From a virus (lineage: Duplodnaviria > Caudoviricetes), in the IMG/VR virus record IMGVR_UViG_3300027804_000166, positions 1 to 30,201 of that record: DNA of 30,201 nt. One strand, given 5' to 3'. This document shows, piece after piece, positions 1 through 8,006 of the stretch. Numbering within the stretch: the first letter of the stretch is position 1; each line of letters opens with the position of its first letter. The translations under genes were made by a program, and so were the position numbers. The notes beneath the pieces were generated by a model, which saw only the letters and a program-made list of their open reading frames with translations, was not told where the DNA came from and searched no databases.

Positions 1-825
1 GTGTTCGTTGCCGAACGGATCGGAACCATGATGGCTGAATGCCGTGTTATTGTCGAAGACATTGCAACCGGCCAGCTTGGTCCCGCTGTTCGGGCTTAGA
101 TACCGATTCGGTGCGGTGCGCTTGTAGCCATACTTGACCAGCAACTCTCCGATATTGTGCGCTGCATTATAGGCATCGATCACCGATGTGCCGGGATTGG
201 GCGCGCGAACCCGAACCGGGGCCTGATATTCCGGCCTGATCTTCCACGGGCACAAGTCAAGCATCTGTGGGCGGAACTTGTCCCATTCGTCCCACATAAC
301 TTGCAACTGCTTCGACAAGATCGGAATCTGATCGAAGGGCAATCCCTCCCACACATAGGGCTGCATCGTGTCTGGATGGATCGACGGAGGCAGCACATCT
401 TGCACCGGCCCACCGCGAAGCTCAAAGACGGTCGTATTGCCACGTCCATCCTTGTTCGGCCATGCAATGGAATGGCGGGAGAGGTCATCCCGATGGGCGC
501 GGAAGATCAGCTTGCCACGCCCCTCCCGCCCACGGATTCTGGCGGTTGATGCCATCAAGGCGTCAAGGTCTAGCCCCAGCCCATCGAAGATGATCCGGGT
601 CCATTCCATGTGATCGATGTCAATGGCGCAGGTGCCAGTCCATTGATGGATGAGGCCGACATTCCAAGTCGGATTTTTGAAGTAGAAGTCGATGGCACCC
701 TGGCCGGTGAGCGCCTTGTCCTTCTGGTTCCATCCGTAAGATGTCGGCCCCTTCTGCCCTGCCGGGATCGGGACAAGATACCAGCCGAGGTCAGTGTATT
801 GCTTGATGCTCGCGGTGATGGTCAT
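1..825 (-). CDS. Bifunctional DNA primase/polymerase (Prim-Pol, AEP superfamily), N-terminal part; continues beyond the left edge
   Basis: Hand translation from ATG at 825, directly after the TAA of the HTH gene: MTITASIKQYTDLGWYLVPIPAGQKGP...WNVGLIHQWTGTCAIDIDH...FELRGGPVQDVLPPSIHPDTMQPYVW. Shows the Prim-Pol W-x-x-x-P start, NVG, DxD and PPSIHP motifs. Open to base 1, so absent from the ORF track. Confidence 0.9.
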   Translation of the reverse strand, partial: MTITASIKQYTDLGWYLVPIPAGQKGPTSYGWNQKDKALTGQGAIDFYFKNPTWNVGLIHQWTGTCAIDIDHMEWTRIIFDGLGLDLDALMASTARIRGREGRGKLIFRAHRDDLSRHSIAWPNKDGRGNTTVFELRGGPVQDVLPPSIHPDTMQPYVWEGLPFDQIPILSKQLQVMWDEWDKFRPQMLDLCPWKIRPEYQAPVRVRAPNPGTSVIDAYNAAHNIGELLVKYGYKRTAPNRYLSPNSGTKLAGCNVFDNNTAFSHHGSDPFGNEH

Positions 826-996
826 TTATGTGCGGCCTTCAAAAAACTCCGTGAGCAGCTTGATCGTCTCGTATCGAGCGCCGGGAGCGCCATCCCGAAT
901 GGCCTTGATCGTGTTGTAGGAAAGGCCGGTGGCCTTGACGATTTCGGGAATATCAGCCCCGGCAAGTCGGGCACGAATCTCTTCAATGGATAGCAT
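826..996 (-). CDS. Small Cro-like HTH DNA-binding protein (56 aa)
   Basis: MLSIEEIRARLAGADIPEIVKATGLSYNTIKAIRDGAPGARYETIKLL has an XRE/Cro-type HTH pattern. AGGAG RBS (1004-1008, minus) precedes ATG 996, and the stop abuts the primase ATG. Confidence 0.8.
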   Translation of the reverse strand: MLSIEEIRARLAGADIPEIVKATGLSYNTIKAIRDGAPGARYETIKLLTEFFEGRT

Positions 997-1017
997 GGTC
1001 AGTCTCCTGCTTGGTGA

Positions 1018-1060
1018 TTGCAATTTTTTCTATTGCACGCATTTCAGAAATATGCAATAA
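1018..1060. promoter_or_regulatory. AT-rich divergent promoter/operator region with imperfect palindrome
   Basis: TATTGCA(1031-37)-cgc-ATTTC-a-GAAAT-a-TGCAATA(1053-59) lies between divergent genes and gives TTGCA -35-like boxes on both strands. Confidence 0.55.
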
Positions 1061-1090
1061 GCCATTCCGTTGAGAGAAAAGGAGGCTGAC

Positions 1091-1474
1091 ATGAGCAGCA
1101 ACGTAACGGGCCTTTGCGGGGCCTGGCTAGAGGCCAAACGCCGCGAAGACGAAGCCATTGAGGCGCGTCGCAAGATCGAGCAAGACATCACCGAAGCACT
1201 GGACGCAAAGACCGAAGGCGCGATTACGCACAAGGTCGAGCCGTATCGGGTGACGCTCACCCAGCCGATCTATCGCAAGATCGATCTGGCAATCTGGGAG
1301 ACCGTCAAGCACGACATGCCCGCCGAGGCTTGGCCGATCAAGGTCAAGATCGAAGTGGACGATGCCGGATGCAAGTGGCTGGCAAAAGAACGGCCAGATC
1401 TCTGGTCCATCGCTGCCAAGGCAATCACGGCCACGCCGGGAAAGATCGGCGTCAAGGTGGTGGCCGATGAGTAA
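1091..1474 (+). CDS. Conserved phage early hypothetical protein (N-terminal coiled coil)
   Basis: Strong RBS AAAGGAGG before ATG 1091; phage-like codon usage; first gene of the rightward block. Confidence 0.8.
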   Translation: MSSNVTGLCGAWLEAKRREDEAIEARRKIEQDITEALDAKTEGAITHKVEPYRVTLTQPIYRKIDLAIWETVKHDMPAEAWPIKVKIEVDDAGCKWLAKERPDLWSIAAKAITATPGKIGVKVVADE

Positions 1475-1640
1475 GGACATCTACGGAGCCGCAGACGCAT
1501 TGCAGTATGCGCGAGACCACCTCGTCATTGCAAAGACTGACAAGGTAAACCGCGACCATCATGTGCGGTGCGCTGTTGAGAACCTGCGCGAGGCAATGCG
1601 GATACTCGGAGTTAAGGAGGCCGAGAACGATGGCAATTGA
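1467..1640 (+). CDS. Hypothetical protein (57 aa)
   Basis: MSKDIYGAADALQYARDHL...; overlaps both neighbours as in a coupled operon. Confidence 0.65.
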   Translation: MSKDIYGAADALQYARDHLVIAKTDKVNRDHHVRCAVENLREAMRILGVKEAENDGN

Positions 1641-2385
1641 TCTAAAGAAACTGGAGCGCCCGAAAGGGCAACGGCCCATCATCGCAACAGTGTTCGGTGA
1701 GGGCGGCATGGGCAAGAGCACGCTGGCTGCGATGTTCCCGAGGCCGGTCTTTATCCGCACCGAGGACGGCACGGCTTCGCTTGCTGGCAACGATGAAGTG
1801 ATGCTTTTCCCGCTGGTCTCATCGAGCCAGGAAGTGCTTGACCAGATCGAGGCACTGGCAACGCAAGAGCATGACTTCAAGACGGTCGTGATTGATAGCA
1901 TCACGCAGCTTGCCACGCTCATCGAGCATGAGATTGTTGCAGCCGATCCCAAGGCCAAGAGCATCAACCAAGCCGGTGGCGGTTACGGCGCTGGATATAA
2001 TACCGCCGCCGAGAAGCACCGGCAGGTTCGGGAATGGGCTGGCGCACTGGCCTACGAACGCGGGATGAACGTGGTGTTCATCGGCCATGCTGACACCGAG
2101 ACGCTCGATCTGCCAGACTTCGATCCATTCGCCAGATACACCGTGCGAATGCACAAGAAGTCACTGCCACACTATACCGACAACGTAGACTTGGTGGGCC
2201 TGATCCGGCTCAAGACCTACGTTCGAGGTGATGGCGACAAGAAGCGCGCAATCAGCACAGGCGACCGGGAGATCATCTGCTTCCCGCAAGCCTCGAGCGT
2301 GACCAAGAACCGTTTCAACATCACCCAGCCGCTGCCGTTCACATTCGAGAGCGGCAACCCTTTTGAACCTTTTGTAGCCAAATAG
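1630..2385 (+). CDS. AAA_24-family ATPase, Sak4-like single-strand annealing/recombination protein
   Basis: Walker A GEGGMGKST, Walker B VVIDS, GGYGAGY, FIGH and KNRF motifs; AAGGAGG RBS; adjacent to an SSB gene. Confidence 0.85.
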   Translation: MAIDLKKLERPKGQRPIIATVFGEGGMGKSTLAAMFPRPVFIRTEDGTASLAGNDEVMLFPLVSSSQEVLDQIEALATQEHDFKTVVIDSITQLATLIEHEIVAADPKAKSINQAGGGYGAGYNTAAEKHRQVREWAGALAYERGMNVVFIGHADTETLDLPDFDPFARYTVRMHKKSLPHYTDNVDLVGLIRLKTYVRGDGDKKRAISTGDREIICFPQASSVTKNRFNITQPLPFTFESGNPFEPFVAK

Positions 2386-2394
2386 GAGAAGAGA

Positions 2395-2847
2395 ATGAGA
2401 CTGAATGGATTCGATGCGAATGTCGTGGAACCGAGTGCGCCGCGCGAAACGATCCCGGCTGGCAAGTACAAGGCCGTGATTACCAAGAGCGAGGAGCGCC
2501 CCACCAAGGCACAGACCGGCTCGATGCTGGTGCTCACCTGCCAGATCATCGAAGGGCCGCATCAAGGCGTGAGCCTGATGGACCGGCTCAACCTCAACAA
2601 CCCGAACAAGACGGCGGAAGAGATTGCCCAGCGCACGCTCTCGGCCATTTGCCGCTCGGTTGGTGTCATGATGCCGAACGAGAGTTCTGACCTCCACGAC
2701 AAGCCGCTCATGATCACGGTCAAGGTCAAGCCAGCAGAGGGCAACTATCAGGCATCGAATGAGATTGCCGGATACGAGCCGTGCGAAGGCGGCGCACCGG
2801 CTGCTGCACCTGCGGCGGCTGCAACGCCACCCTGGAAGAAGAAGTAA
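2395..2847 (+). CDS. DUF669-family phage ssDNA-binding protein
   Basis: IPAGKYKAVI...L...IIEGP..G..L.DRLNL.N pattern; Ala/Pro-rich tail ending PPWKKK; follows the Sak4-like gene. Confidence 0.8.
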   Translation: MRLNGFDANVVEPSAPRETIPAGKYKAVITKSEERPTKAQTGSMLVLTCQIIEGPHQGVSLMDRLNLNNPNKTAEEIAQRTLSAICRSVGVMMPNESSDLHDKPLMITVKVKPAEGNYQASNEIAGYEPCEGGAPAAAPAAAATPPWKKK

Positions 2848-2867
2848 TTAGATACTGGACAAAAACG

Positions 2868-2889
2868 GCGGGCGTCTACGGACGCTCGC
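2868..2889 (+). other. Stable UNCG-tetraloop hairpin (RNA stability, processing or weak terminator)
   Basis: GCGGGCGTC-TACG-GACGCTCGC: 9-bp stem with one G-U pair, cUACGg loop, no U-tract on the + strand. Confidence 0.55.
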
Positions 2890-2920
2890 AACCAATATAA
2901 AAGCATCAAAGGAGGCAATA

Positions 2921-3811
2921 ATGAGCACTATGAATGATGAATCCAAAATTCGCGCTAGGGTGTTTGATGTGATTCGGCGCGTTTTAGATGTTCCTCCACT
3001 TAAAGTTAACAATGCACGCAAAGATTTTCTTGCCCCACCCCCTATGTCGTCATTCAGAGGCGTTGATCCAGCTTTGCTTTACGAAGGAGATGACTGGTGG
3101 ATATTTAATGTTAGAGAATGCACGCCAAGCATCGTATGGCCGATTGATGTCTGTCTAATACGCGGCAGTTGTGATTTTTATGATATGTATATGATGCGGC
3201 TTAGGTCTGTGACGCCGAAAGAAGTGAGAGGCTATGCCTCGCGGGTAAGCCCATTCATGCTTAGGAAAGATGTTGCAGTTCACGACAGAGGCAAACTTAT
3301 CACGGCATCTACTCTTCTTTCTTTTGTTGGCGGTCATTGGTCAGATGCACAAAAAAGAACACTCTGGGGAGGAACGGCAGACAATCCTGTCCCTGTTCGC
3401 ACGGGCTATGTTTCTGATGGCTATCTGGATTTTGGCGGGGTGGCCATCGGCGTAGCATTGCGCCAGCGTTATGAGTGGGCGGTCAACGTCGGATTTCCGA
3501 ACACACCATCGGTTCGGATAGCGACAGATCCAACTGGCATGAAAGAACTATTTCGTCTCCGTGACGTGCAGCCAGGTAGGGATCGTCGTGACGCGTTGAT
3601 GAATTGGGTGTCAGATCATTGGCGACAGAACCGTCACGATCCAGATGTCGAGATATATGTTCGCAAGCATATGCGTGGTGGAACGCAGTTCGATTGGCGC
3701 GGCTTTAGCTGCGAAATCATTCCTGCACGTTTTGACATTGAACAAACCGAAAAGTTCATTGCGGAGCGCGCCGCGATGCGTGTTGCTGGCAGTGACCATC
3801 GTTATGTCTAA
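2921..3811 (+). CDS. Hypothetical accessory protein (296 aa)
   Basis: Long ORF with AAAGGAGG RBS; codons visibly more AT-rich than neighbours; no family recognised. Confidence 0.8.
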   Translation: MSTMNDESKIRARVFDVIRRVLDVPPLKVNNARKDFLAPPPMSSFRGVDPALLYEGDDWWIFNVRECTPSIVWPIDVCLIRGSCDFYDMYMMRLRSVTPKEVRGYASRVSPFMLRKDVAVHDRGKLITASTLLSFVGGHWSDAQKRTLWGGTADNPVPVRTGYVSDGYLDFGGVAIGVALRQRYEWAVNVGFPNTPSVRIATDPTGMKELFRLRDVQPGRDRRDALMNWVSDHWRQNRHDPDVEIYVRKHMRGGTQFDWRGFSCEIIPARFDIEQTEKFIAERAAMRVAGSDHRYV

Positions 3812-3834
3812 GTGCACCACTAAAGGGATTAAGA

Positions 3835-4305
3835 ATGACCACCGACACCTATGCAATCGAACGCCTGATGAAGCAGCAGCTAGACGGCAACTTCTGGAGT
3901 TTTGATGTCGAAGGCCGCATCGTCTGGAACGATGTGCCAGTTGACTATATCCCACAATTTAAACGCTACACGTGGACAGATGGAGAAGAGGATCGGCCTA
4001 AAGCGCAAATGGTTCGCCGCGATTGGTCGATGGATGACTTCCGGCGGATCGAGAAGCTGCGGATCAAGAGGCGATTCTGGAATCAAATTGCCAAGAACTT
4101 CGGCGCAAGCGAAACGGCTACGAGCGACTTCTACAAGCGTGTCATTGCCCAGCAAAACGAGAACATGACGAAAGAAGTCACAATCAGGCGGTTGAAGATC
4201 ATCAAGTGGATGCACGACGAAGGCATCAATGCAAAAGCAATTAGCATGTTTATGCACTATGATCGAAGGATGATCGAGAGCATTACCGGGAGCGAAAACG
4301 AATGA
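3835..4305 (+). CDS. Putative DNA-binding protein with GcrA/Myb-like HTH
   Basis: W-x3-D...L...W..IAKNFGAS pattern plus a second HTH-like segment (DEGINAKAISMFM); ATGA overlap with the next gene. Confidence 0.55.
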   Translation: MTTDTYAIERLMKQQLDGNFWSFDVEGRIVWNDVPVDYIPQFKRYTWTDGEEDRPKAQMVRRDWSMDDFRRIEKLRIKRRFWNQIAKNFGASETATSDFYKRVIAQQNENMTKEVTIRRLKIIKWMHDEGINAKAISMFMHYDRRMIESITGSENE

Positions 4306-5231
4306 AACTAGACATGACATCGCCAATCGTAAAGGCGATCTATCAGCGTTACGAAGAGAACCGCCGCAACGCACACAGGCCGCACCTTGGCGGGTCGCAG
4401 ATCGGAAACACTTGCGCCCGTGCTCTCTGGTATCAATTCCGGTGGACCTATACCGAGAAGTATGAAGGCCGCATCTTGCGCCTCTTCGAGACGGGAGAAC
4501 GCGAGGAACTGCGAGTAATCCAGAACCTGCGTGCCGCCGGTTGCACGGTCTGGGATCGCGATCCGGCAACAGGCCAGCAGTTCCGATACACGGCGGTTGG
4601 CGGGCATTTCGCCTTGAGCCTGGACGGAGTGGTCGAAGGCTTGCCGGAAAGTTCCAAGGTCCACACGCTCGAAGTGAAGACCATGAGCGAGAAGTATTTC
4701 AAGGTGCTTTGCAACCTCGGAGTCGAGAAGGCGAAGCCGATCTACTATGCACAGTGCCAGATCGGAATGCACTTGAGCGGGCTGGATCGCTGCCTGTTCA
4801 TTTCGGTCAACAAGAACACCGACGAGATTTACGCAGAGCGGCTCAAGATCGATCATGCCTTTGCAGAGTCGCTTATCGAGAAGGCCAGAAAGATCATATT
4901 GACCGAACGGCCACCGCTTGGCATCAGCAATGATCCGGCATGGTTTGAGTGCAAGTTCTGTCCGTATCATTCGATCTGCCACGGAGATGGTGCAGCGGAA
5001 CTGAACTGCCGCACATGCGCCTTCTCGACGGCAGAGACCGAAGGCTGGTCATGCGCAAGGCATAAGAAGGCACTCGATGAGATCGACCAGCGCAGCGGCT
5101 GCGGTGATCACATATACAATCCGGCGCTAGTGAAGCTTCCGGTGCATGACAGCGGCGAGGACTGGATCGACTACATCAACGAAGACGGCGAGATCGTGCG
5201 GAACAAGGGAAGGGAGTTTTTCACATGCTAG
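4302..5231 (+). CDS. Cas4-like PD-(D/E)XK exonuclease
   Basis: N-terminal Cys (GNTCAR), LDG...LEVKT catalytic motif, YYAQCQ, C-terminal CKFCPYHSIC Fe-S-type cluster plus a further Cys-rich segment. Confidence 0.85.
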   Translation: MKLDMTSPIVKAIYQRYEENRRNAHRPHLGGSQIGNTCARALWYQFRWTYTEKYEGRILRLFETGEREELRVIQNLRAAGCTVWDRDPATGQQFRYTAVGGHFALSLDGVVEGLPESSKVHTLEVKTMSEKYFKVLCNLGVEKAKPIYYAQCQIGMHLSGLDRCLFISVNKNTDEIYAERLKIDHAFAESLIEKARKIILTERPPLGISNDPAWFECKFCPYHSICHGDGAAELNCRTCAFSTAETEGWSCARHKKALDEIDQRSGCGDHIYNPALVKLPVHDSGEDWIDYINEDGEIVRNKGREFFTC

Positions 5232-6850
5232 AACTCCGCCCATATCAACGCGCCGCGATTGATGGCCTATACAATTATTGGTCAGACAAGAAGGGTGACA
5301 ACCCGATCATCGTTGCTCCGACCGGCTCTGGCAAGAGCCTCATCATCGCGCATCTTATCAAGGATGCGATGAGTTATCCCGGCACGCGCGTTTTGATCTT
5401 GACGCATGTCAAGGAGTTGCTGGAGCAGAACGCTAGCGAGTTGGTGGCGCTTTATCCCGATGCAGATGTCGGCTTCTACAGCGCCAGCCTCAAGAAGAAA
5501 GTGCTGCGGAAGCCGATCACGTTCGCTGGCATCCAGTCGATTCACAAAAAGGCTTATGACATGGTGCCAGCGCCCGATCTGGTGATCGTGGACGAGGCGC
5601 ACCTGATCCCGAAAACGGACGGCACACGCTACAACAAGTTCCTCTCTGACCTTCGCGTGTGCAATCCCGGCGTTAAGGTGGTCGGTCTTACGGCCACGCC
5701 CTACCGGCTTGATAGTGGCTGGCTGCACGAGGGCGACAATGCGATCTTTGACGGCATTGCATACGATATTCCGGTTGCCGATCTTATGGAGCAAGGCTTC
5801 CTGGCCCCGGTGATTAGCAAGAGCGGCGTCAAGACTATCGATCTCTCGAACGTCGGCAAACGCGGCGGGGAGTATATCGAGAGCGAACTAGCCAAGGCTG
5901 CATCTGATCCGGAATTGGTAACAGAAACAGTTGCAGAAATCGTGCGCTATGGTGCGGAGCGCAAGGCGTGGCTGGTCTTTGCTTGCGGTGTCAATCACGC
6001 CGAGTTGCTCCGTGCCGAGTTCGAGACGCATGGCATCGAGGCGGATGTCGTGACGGGTGCCGATGGCATGAGCGCACGCGCCGACAAGATCGAGCGGTTC
6101 CGGCATGGCGGAAGCAAGTGTTTGATCAACGTCAACGTCTTGACCACCGGCTTCAATGTCCCGCATGTCGATCTTGTAGCAATCGTGAGGGCAACCGAAA
6201 GCACCGGTCTCTACATTCAGATTGTTGGACGCGGCACACGCATTGCGCCGGGGAAAGAGAACTGCTTAGTGCTGGACTACGGCGACAACGTGATGCGCCA
6301 CGGATTCATTGATGAGGTCAAGCCAAAGATCAAAGGGCAATCACAAAATGGCGAAGCACCGAGAAAGAAATGTCCAGCGTGTTTGACTATAAACAATGCT
6401 TCCGCTAAAGCATGTACCGAGTGTTTAACTCCATTCCCGCCTCCGCAGTTCAACCACGGAACGAAGGCATATTCTGGCGCGATGATCTCCACACAGGTAC
6501 AGGCCGAATGGGTTGACGTTGACGATGTGGGCTATTCCCGCTGGCGCAAGGAAGGCAAGCCAGACAGCATCCGCATCACCTATTATTGCGGCCTGATCAA
6601 GGTCTCCGAGTGGCTATGCCCTGATCACGGAGGCTATGCTTCGGAGCGATACCAGAAGCGGATGCCATCGCTAGGAGCGTCTGCCATGACCACCGAAGAC
6701 GCCATGCAAGAGTGCGACCATTGGATCAAGCCGCGCAGGATAAAGGTGAAGCCGAATGACAAGTTCCACGACATTGTACAACTCGACTATAGCCAGCCCA
6801 AGCGCCTCACCGCCGCAGAATTGGCAGAACTCCAAGAGCCGCTGTTCTGA
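5225..6850 (+). CDS. SF2 DEAH helicase (RadD/YejH-like) with C-terminal zinc finger
   Basis: Motifs LRPYQ, APTGSGKS, DEAH, TAT, LTTGFN, QIVGRGTR; CPAC..CTEC zinc finger. Confidence 0.92.
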   Translation: MLELRPYQRAAIDGLYNYWSDKKGDNPIIVAPTGSGKSLIIAHLIKDAMSYPGTRVLILTHVKELLEQNASELVALYPDADVGFYSASLKKKVLRKPITFAGIQSIHKKAYDMVPAPDLVIVDEAHLIPKTDGTRYNKFLSDLRVCNPGVKVVGLTATPYRLDSGWLHEGDNAIFDGIAYDIPVADLMEQGFLAPVISKSGVKTIDLSNVGKRGGEYIESELAKAASDPELVTETVAEIVRYGAERKAWLVFACGVNHAELLRAEFETHGIEADVVTGADGMSARADKIERFRHGGSKCLINVNVLTTGFNVPHVDLVAIVRATESTGLYIQIVGRGTRIAPGKENCLVLDYGDNVMRHGFIDEVKPKIKGQSQNGEAPRKKCPACLTINNASAKACTECLTPFPPPQFNHGTKAYSGAMISTQVQAEWVDVDDVGYSRWRKEGKPDSIRITYYCGLIKVSEWLCPDHGGYASERYQKRMPSLGASAMTTEDAMQECDHWIKPRRIKVKPNDKFHDIVQLDYSQPKRLTAAELAELQEPLF

Positions 6851-6959
6851 TTGCGTGAGCCTGTACGATGCTCGATATTGCACTCATTGGCGTGACGTTG
6901 TACCTGACGAGGTACAGAAAGAAGGCTGCGATGCGTTCAACGGTTTCCCTCCCTTCTGA
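6756..6959 (+). CDS. Small Cys-rich hypothetical protein overlapping the helicase 3' end
   Basis: CSDC...YC..W...VP...Q..GC..F...PPF four-Cys pattern; bridges helicase and VRR-NUC genes. Start uncertain. Confidence 0.5.
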   Translation: MTSSTTLYNSTIASPSASPPQNWQNSKSRCSDCVSLYDARYCTHWRDVVPDEVQKEGCDAFNGFPPF

Positions 6960-7302
6960 ACATGATGAACAAGCCGGATTCGTTCAATGGTTCCGCGCCA
7001 AGTGGCCTCGTGTATTGATATTTGCAATACCTAATGGCGGCAAGCGCAACATCTCGACGGCAAAGAAGCTGAAGGCTGAAGGTGTCGTTCCTGGCGTGCC
7101 AGACCTGTTCATTCCGGCATGGGGAATCTGGATCGAGATGAAACGCCAGAAAGGCGGGCGCACATCATCCGATCAGGATGACATGATTTCATACTTGGAG
7201 AACGTGGGCCATCGCGTTATTGTTGGTTATGGTGCAACCGATGCCAGCGACAAGCTGCTGTCTTTGTTGAATATGAGCGGGGCGGCGACTAAAGGAGGAT
7301 AG
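6931..7302 (+). CDS. VRR-NUC domain nuclease (putative Holliday junction resolvase)
   Basis: SEHDEQ, FAIPNGG, GVVPGVPDL, IEMK and Q..M...L...G motifs. Confidence 0.88.
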   Translation: MRSTVSLPSEHDEQAGFVQWFRAKWPRVLIFAIPNGGKRNISTAKKLKAEGVVPGVPDLFIPAWGIWIEMKRQKGGRTSSDQDDMISYLENVGHRVIVGYGATDASDKLLSLLNMSGAATKGG

Positions 7303-7355
7303 CCACCGCCCCTAGCACCCGGGGGAGCAAACCGGATGCTTACATTAACGATTGA
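7275..7355 (-). ncRNA. Candidate two-hairpin sRNA with anti-Shine-Dalgarno loops (cuckoo/CcsR-like)
   Basis: Minus strand: GCATCCGG-TTTGCTCCC-CCGGGTGC-TA-GGGGCGGTGGCTA-TCCTCCTT-TAGTCGCCGCCCC. Both stems pair fully only on this strand (three G-U pairs become A-C mismatches on +). A promoter lies just upstream. Ends are approximate. Confidence 0.6.
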
Positions 7356-7385
7356 TTGAGAACTCTAGTCTAGGCTTGCCATAGT
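7356..7385 (+). promoter_or_regulatory. Possible rightward promoter for the 7402-9101 gene cluster
   Basis: TTGAGA(7356-61)-N18-CATAGT(7380-85) with TGn extension, followed by an AAGGAGGA RBS. Confidence 0.4.
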
Positions 7386-7390
7386 TTCAA
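7362..7390 (-). promoter_or_regulatory. Sigma70-like promoter for the candidate sRNA
   Basis: TTGAAA(7390-7385)-N17-TAGAGT(7367-7362) on the minus strand. Confidence 0.55.
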
Positions 7391-7401
7391 GGAGGAACAT
7401 C

Positions 7402-7614
7402 ATGGCTAAATACGAATACGATGCCACACAAGACCAGTGGCTTCATGGTGATCCGGGCGTACTGTCCGGTTCAGTGGCCGCTGCTGATCAGCGGTATGCC
7501 AAGCCTACCCAGATCAGGGAGAGCTGTGCCCCTCGGCTCTCCCTGACAGACTGGCTGATCTGCGGCCCTATAATGGTCGGACTTGGTTTCCTCATGGGAG
7601 TTTACTGGCCGTGA
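7402..7614 (+). CDS. Small membrane protein (C-terminal TM helix)
   Basis: Strong RBS AAGGAGGA; hydrophobic C-terminus WLICGPIMVGLGFLMGVYWP. Confidence 0.7.
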   Translation: MAKYEYDATQDQWLHGDPGVLSGSVAAADQRYAKPTQIRESCAPRLSLTDWLICGPIMVGLGFLMGVYWP

Positions 7615-8006
7615 TGAGGTATCTTGTTCTGATCGCCGCGATGACGGCTGGAAGTGTCTTGGCTCATGCTTCGGATGCGACTCGATTGGTTACATCGGAG
7701 GCTAGACGGCAAGGCGTGCCGGTCGGATTCGCGTTGAAGATGGCAAAGATTGAGAGCGGTGTTCGATGCCACAACCACAACAAGCGAAGCAGTGCATCAG
7801 GCCCCTTGCAAGTGCTGCGTGGCACAGCGCGGGCTATGGGCTACCGAGGCGACATCCGGCGCGCATCGTGCGCTACGCAGACGCATTACGGCATGAAACA
7901 CTTGGCTATGTGCTGGCGCGGAGCACGAGGCAATGCGGCCTTGGCGAAACGATGCCACCAAGTTGGCGTGTCTGTGTTGTACGGCAAAAAGAAGAGGAGG
8001 CGTTAA
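7611..8006 (+). CDS. Secreted SLT-like lytic transglycosylase
   Basis: Signal peptide (MMRYLVLIAAMTAGSVLAHA), catalytic motif AKIESG, SSASGPLQV...TARAMG, and YGMKHL motif. Confidence 0.75.
   Translation: MMRYLVLIAAMTAGSVLAHASDATRLVTSEARRQGVPVGFALKMAKIESGVRCHNHNKRSSASGPLQVLRGTARAMGYRGDIRRASCATQTHYGMKHLAMCWRGARGNAALAKRCHQVGVSVLYGKKKRRR

Noticed and set aside
157-993. Plus-strand ORFs 157-549 and 610-993
   Set aside because: Shadows of the minus-strand Prim-Pol and HTH genes.
4302-5231. CRISPR-Cas system suggested by the Cas4-like gene
   Set aside because: No repeat-spacer array or other cas genes; stand-alone Cas4-like nucleases are common in phage recombination modules.
7279-7339. Plus-strand terminator or CsrA-type GGA-loop RNA
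   Set aside because: On + the stems contain A-C mismatches and lack a U-tract; the minus-strand fold is fully paired.
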